A stretch of DNA of 64,000 nucleotides from Candidatus Planktomarina antarctica (GTDB taxonomy: Bacteria; Pseudomonadota; Alphaproteobacteria; Rhodobacterales; Rhodobacteraceae): the NCBI GenBank assembly GCA_029962705.1, contig JARPSE010000001.1, positions 11,415-75,414 on the forward strand. The letters run 5' to 3'. Below, piece after piece: positions 60,393 through 64,000 of the stretch. Numbering within the stretch: position 1 is the first letter of the stretch; every line of letters starts with the position of its first letter. Below the pieces are notes generated by a model. It did no database searches, was not told the DNA's origin, and saw only the letters and a program-made list of their open reading frames with translations. Both the position numbers and the translations under genes were made by a program.

Positions 60393-61918
60393 CGACGTAT
60401 TAGACGACGCAACTCACTGAAAGTAAAAGCTCCAGCCATGCAGCCAGCAATCCCATAGCTGACAATGCCTGCGACCAAGACTACAATTAATGCAAGGACC
60501 CGCGAGTCAGGGGCTTGCAACTGTGGCCCCAGCACTGTTGCGGTCATCCAAATAGCTGCCCCCATCATCAGGCTAGCCAAAACAATTCGCCATGATTTGG
60601 CTCGTAATTTTGCATCCAACCGAGCGGCATCACCAAACTTTAGACTGCCCCACCAAAGACACGCCAGCATTGCCCAGCCTGCAAAAGTTGCCCCATAAGC
60701 TGAGGCGGTGAAGCCAACATAAGGGCTTAAACCAATGGCGATAACAGCATTAACTGCCAAGGCAACGAGTGCAAAGTAGAAGGGCGACTTAGTGTCCTCA
60801 CGGGCAAAAAATAGAGGTTGATATAGTTTTTGAAGTACAAAAGCTGGTAAGCCTAATCCGTATATTGCCGTGGCCAAAGCCGTGGCGGCTGTATCGCTGG
60901 CGCCAAAGGCCCCACGTTCAAACAATACTGACACCAAGGCAGTCGGAATAACCAAAAGGGCAACAGCACTAGGAATTGTCAGCATCAATGAAAACTCAGC
61001 TGCACGGTTAAAAGCTTCACGAGCCCCATCAGTATCATCCAAACGCAACCGGCGCGACAGATCCGGCAAGAGAACGATCCCAACGGCAATACCGACCACA
61101 CCAAGTGGTAATTGATAGAGACGATCGGCATAATAAAGCCAGGCATTGGCGCCTTCGAAATAACTGGCAATTTGCCGACCAACCAATAGATTCACCTGCA
61201 CCACACCACCAGCCAAAGCGGCGGGGGCTGCAATCATCGCCAAGCGTTTTAGCTCAGGCGTCATCCGTGGCAGGCGCGGCACAAGGGTAAACCCAACCCG
61301 GTGTGCCGCCACCCAAACAAAAGCAAACTGTGCTACCCCGGCTACTGGCACGCTCCATGCGAGTGTTAATCCGATATTCCAATCAGCCCAGTCGGCAATA
61401 AACAGCCCGGATAGAAAGCAGATATTTAGCAAGACTGGCGCAGCTGCAGAGGCCACGAAGCGACCTGTAGAATTCAACACCCCAGAGACCAAAGCGGCCA
61501 AAGAGATGAATAGAATATAGGGAAAGGCTATGCGACCAAAAACAACTGTGAGATCAAATCTCTCATCCCCCGCAAACCCACTGGCCATAATCCAAACCAA
61601 ATAGGGCATGGCAAGCATAGCAATTGCATTCAACACAATCAGCACAAAAGCCAACATCGATATGGCATCGCGCGCAAAATCTACAGGACTATCTCCAGAA
61701 GCCAGTTTTTTAGAGAACATTGGCACAAAGGCCATATTAAATGCGCCTTCCGCAAAAAATCTGCGGAACAGATTAGGTAATGAAAAGGCCAAAATGAAAG
61801 CTTCAGCTACTGGTGTCGCCCCAAGGGTACCCGCTATAAATATGTCACGACAAAATCCCAGAACACGCGATACAAGGGTCCAAAATCCAACAGTAAAGAA
61901 CCCACGCATGATGCTCAT
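60389..61918 (-). CDS. murJ: Lipid II flippase MurJ
   Basis: 509-aa polytopic protein, GFFTVGFWTLVSRVLGFCRDIFIAGTLG start typical of MurJ/MviN. ATGA overlap with glnD. Confidence 0.93.
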   Translation of the reverse strand: MSIMRGFFTVGFWTLVSRVLGFCRDIFIAGTLGATPVAEAFILAFSLPNLFRRFFAEGAFNMAFVPMFSKKLASGDSPVDFARDAISMLAFVLIVLNAIAMLAMPYLVWIMASGFAGDERFDLTVVFGRIAFPYILFISLAALVSGVLNSTGRFVASAAAPVLLNICFLSGLFIADWADWNIGLTLAWSVPVAGVAQFAFVWVAAHRVGFTLVPRLPRMTPELKRLAMIAAPAALAGGVVQVNLLVGRQIASYFEGANAWLYYADRLYQLPLGVVGIAVGIVLLPDLSRRLRLDDTDGAREAFNRAAEFSLMLTIPSAVALLVIPTALVSVLFERGAFGASDTAATALATAIYGLGLPAFVLQKLYQPLFFAREDTKSPFYFALVALAVNAVIAIGLSPYVGFTASAYGATFAGWAMLACLWWGSLKFGDAARLDAKLRAKSWRIVLASLMMGAAIWMTATVLGPQLQAPDSRVLALIVVLVAGIVSYGIAGCMAGAFTFSELRRLIRR

Positions 61919-64000
61919 GACAATGCCTTAAGCGCGCCTTGTTTCAGCGCGTCCCGCAGTTTTTGCTCCAACATGTTACGTTTTACCTTCGAATGGAATT
62001 TCAGGCCAAACATGTCTTTAACATAGAAAGTATCTACAACCTGCTCACCATAAGTGGCAATTACGGCACTGGAAATATTCACATTGGCAGAAGCAAGCGT
62101 ACGAGTAAGATCATAAAGAAGCCCTAAACGATCTCGGGTATCGACTTCAATGATCGTGTAAATTTCAGAACCTTCATTGTCAAAACTGATCGATGTCGGA
62201 ACCTGAAAAGCGCGTTCGCGCTTTTTGATTTTATCACGTGACTGAATCGCCTCACGCGCTACAAAAGTACCTTGAAGAGTTTCATTAATCATTTTCTCAA
62301 GCCGGCCAAGGTGGGTGTCCTCGTAAGGGTGACCTTCAGCATCTTGAACCCAAAAAACTGCAGTAGCGTAACCATCTTTGCTGGTGAAAGTGCGTGCATC
62401 CACAACGTTAGCACCACTAAGCGCCAAGGCACCGCAAAAACGGCTAAAAACGCCCGGATGGTCATCCATCGCAAAACAAATTCGAGTGGCATCGCGATCT
62501 TCATCCGGCTGCACATCCATGCGAATCTCGTCATCAGGAATATTTAACAAAAGGCGTGCGAAGATTTGATGCGCTGTGACGTGCAGGCCCTGCCAATAGG
62601 ACGGATAATGTCTGTTTGTCTCATGGCGCAAAGCGGACTTCGGCCAATTGGCCAAGGCTGCCCTTAAATTTTTCTTAGCTTCTGTGCCGCGATTTTCACG
62701 ATTAAGATCCTCCAGGCCAGTTTCAAGCGCCTTTTTGGTCTGCCGATACAAAGCGCGAATCAAAACTGCCTTCCAATTATTCCAGACGCCAGGACCAACC
62801 CCAGAAATATCGCAGACTGTCAGGACAGTCAGGAGATCCAGCCGCTTAACAGACTGTACAGCTTTGGCAAAATCACGCACGGTTCTGGGATCAGCAATAT
62901 CACGTTTCTGCGCCATATCCGACATTAATAAATGATGTCGCACCAACCATTCCACGGTGTCTACTTCTTTTGGTTTGAGACCTAGCCGAGGCGCAACTTC
63001 TCGAGCAATTTTGGCTCCTAATACAGAATGGTCGTCAGGTCGCCCCTTCCCAATATCATGCAGTAAAAGTGCTATATAAAGAACCTTACGATTAAGCCCA
63101 CCCGCCAAGATACTGCTAGCCACAGGCAACTCTTCAATCAATTCGCCTCGTTCAATGGCAGCCAAATAGCTGATGGTTTGGATAGTATGCTCATCCACCG
63201 TATAGGAGTGGTACATATTAAATTGCATCATCGCAACGATTGGCTCAAACTCCGGTATGAAAGCAGCCAAAACGCCCAGCTCATTCATCCGACGCAATCC
63301 ACGCTCAGGATTACCATGTTTAAGTAGTAAATCCCTAAAAATCCGTAGCGCCTCTTCAGAATTTCGCATCTGAATATCAATCAAATGCAGATTGGCCGAA
63401 ACCAAACGCATTGCATTCGGATGGATCAGTAAACCAGTGCGCAGGCCTTCTTCAAAGACCCGCAGCAAGTTCAATTTATCTTCTAGAAATATGTCTGAAT
63501 CTGAAATTGCCAAACGATTTTGTAAGATGCAATAGCCCGGGCGCAATTTAGGTTTACGCCGTAAAAATCGCGCCAGAACAGGTTCTTTTTTCACATGTGC
63601 CGCTTCCATTGCAGTAAGGAAAATACGGGTCAATTCGCCTACTTTGGTGGCATGGCGGAAATAGGTCTGCATGAAATGCTCCACCGCACGCCGCCCACCA
63701 CGATCTTTGTAGCCCATGCGTTCCGCCACTTCGACCTGCAAATCAAAGGTGAGTAAATCCATGCTTCGATTGGCGATCAAATGAAGATGGCAGCGCACCG
63801 CCCAAAGAAATTCCTGTGCTGCAAGAAACGTGGCAAACTCATCAGCCGTAAAAACCCCAGCATCCACCAATTGCTCAGCGTGAAATACCCCATTGATGTA
63901 TTTCTCAATCCAGAAAAGAGATTGCAGATCACGTAGACCACCCTTGCCTTCCTTAACATTTGGTTCGACCATATAACGTTGGCCACCTTGCTTAACATGA
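61915..64000 (-). CDS. glnD: [Protein-PII] uridylyltransferase/uridylyl-removing enzyme, N-terminus beyond the right edge
   Basis: EPNVKEGKGGLRDLQ, an HD domain (LLHDIGKG) and two C-terminal ACT domains. The reading frame stays open to position 64000. Confidence 0.93.
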   Translation of the reverse strand, partial: HVKQGGQRYMVEPNVKEGKGGLRDLQSLFWIEKYINGVFHAEQLVDAGVFTADEFATFLAAQEFLWAVRCHLHLIANRSMDLLTFDLQVEVAERMGYKDRGGRRAVEHFMQTYFRHATKVGELTRIFLTAMEAAHVKKEPVLARFLRRKPKLRPGYCILQNRLAISDSDIFLEDKLNLLRVFEEGLRTGLLIHPNAMRLVSANLHLIDIQMRNSEEALRIFRDLLLKHGNPERGLRRMNELGVLAAFIPEFEPIVAMMQFNMYHSYTVDEHTIQTISYLAAIERGELIEELPVASSILAGGLNRKVLYIALLLHDIGKGRPDDHSVLGAKIAREVAPRLGLKPKEVDTVEWLVRHHLLMSDMAQKRDIADPRTVRDFAKAVQSVKRLDLLTVLTVCDISGVGPGVWNNWKAVLIRALYRQTKKALETGLEDLNRENRGTEAKKNLRAALANWPKSALRHETNRHYPSYWQGLHVTAHQIFARLLLNIPDDEIRMDVQPDEDRDATRICFAMDDHPGVFSRFCGALALSGANVVDARTFTSKDGYATAVFWVQDAEGHPYEDTHLGRLEKMINETLQGTFVAREAIQSRDKIKKRERAFQVPTSISFDNEGSEIYTIIEVDTRDRLGLLYDLTRTLASANVNISSAVIATYGEQVVDTFYVKDMFGLKFHSKVKRNMLEQKLRDALKQGALKALS

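Noticed and set aside
1-64000. Scanned for CRISPR repeats, transposase, integrase or recombinase genes, toxin-antitoxin pairs, restriction-modification and other defence-system hallmarks.
   Set aside because: No candidate ORF or repeat architecture of these kinds was found. Every ORF over 150 aa outside shadow frames has an ordinary metabolic, transport or housekeeping assignment.

Overview
This 64-kb window reads as a densely packed (about 90% coding) alphaproteobacterial chromosome segment, probably Rhodobacterales-like. That guess rests on gene order: hisS-hisZ-hisG, glnD-murJ, coaBC-dut, rpoH, and a TIGR02186/TauE pair. All calls come from reading the ORF translations and the DNA by eye; no database or covariance-model search was run.

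Most genes are housekeeping:
- tyrC (partial) and hisC
- rpsD
- a DEAD-box helicase
- B12-dependent ribonucleotide reductase nrdJ
- hisG, hisZ and hisS
- dnaE
- coaBC and dut
- rpoH
- cobU and a cobC-like gene
- an Nfu-type Fe-S protein
- trpS
- murJ
- glnD (partial)

Three transport and catabolism blocks are present:
- an xdhABC operon translationally coupled to a BMP-family ABC transporter (18.5-27.7 kb)
- a second BMP-family ABC transporter (51.9-56.8 kb)
- an AT-richer nine-gene operon of about 10 kb (32.0-41.5 kb) encoding an M20 peptidase, a peptide-type ABC importer, an aldehyde dehydrogenase, an SDR and a DmpA/S58 peptidase, divergent from a PAS-LuxR regulator

I recognised no rRNA, tRNA, CRISPR array, transposase, integrase, or defence or toxin-antitoxin module. 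I also see no clear-cut novel system.

The items most worth a second look are:
- the uncharacterised catabolic operon and its candidate heptamer operator
- a rhomboid-fold protein that appears to lack every catalytic residue
- a MoeB/ThiF E1-like enzyme with an N-terminal membrane extension
- a 0.96-kb apparently non-coding gap holding gene relics
- a 12-bp tandem repeat encoding a (KPSG)n tail on the RNA helicase
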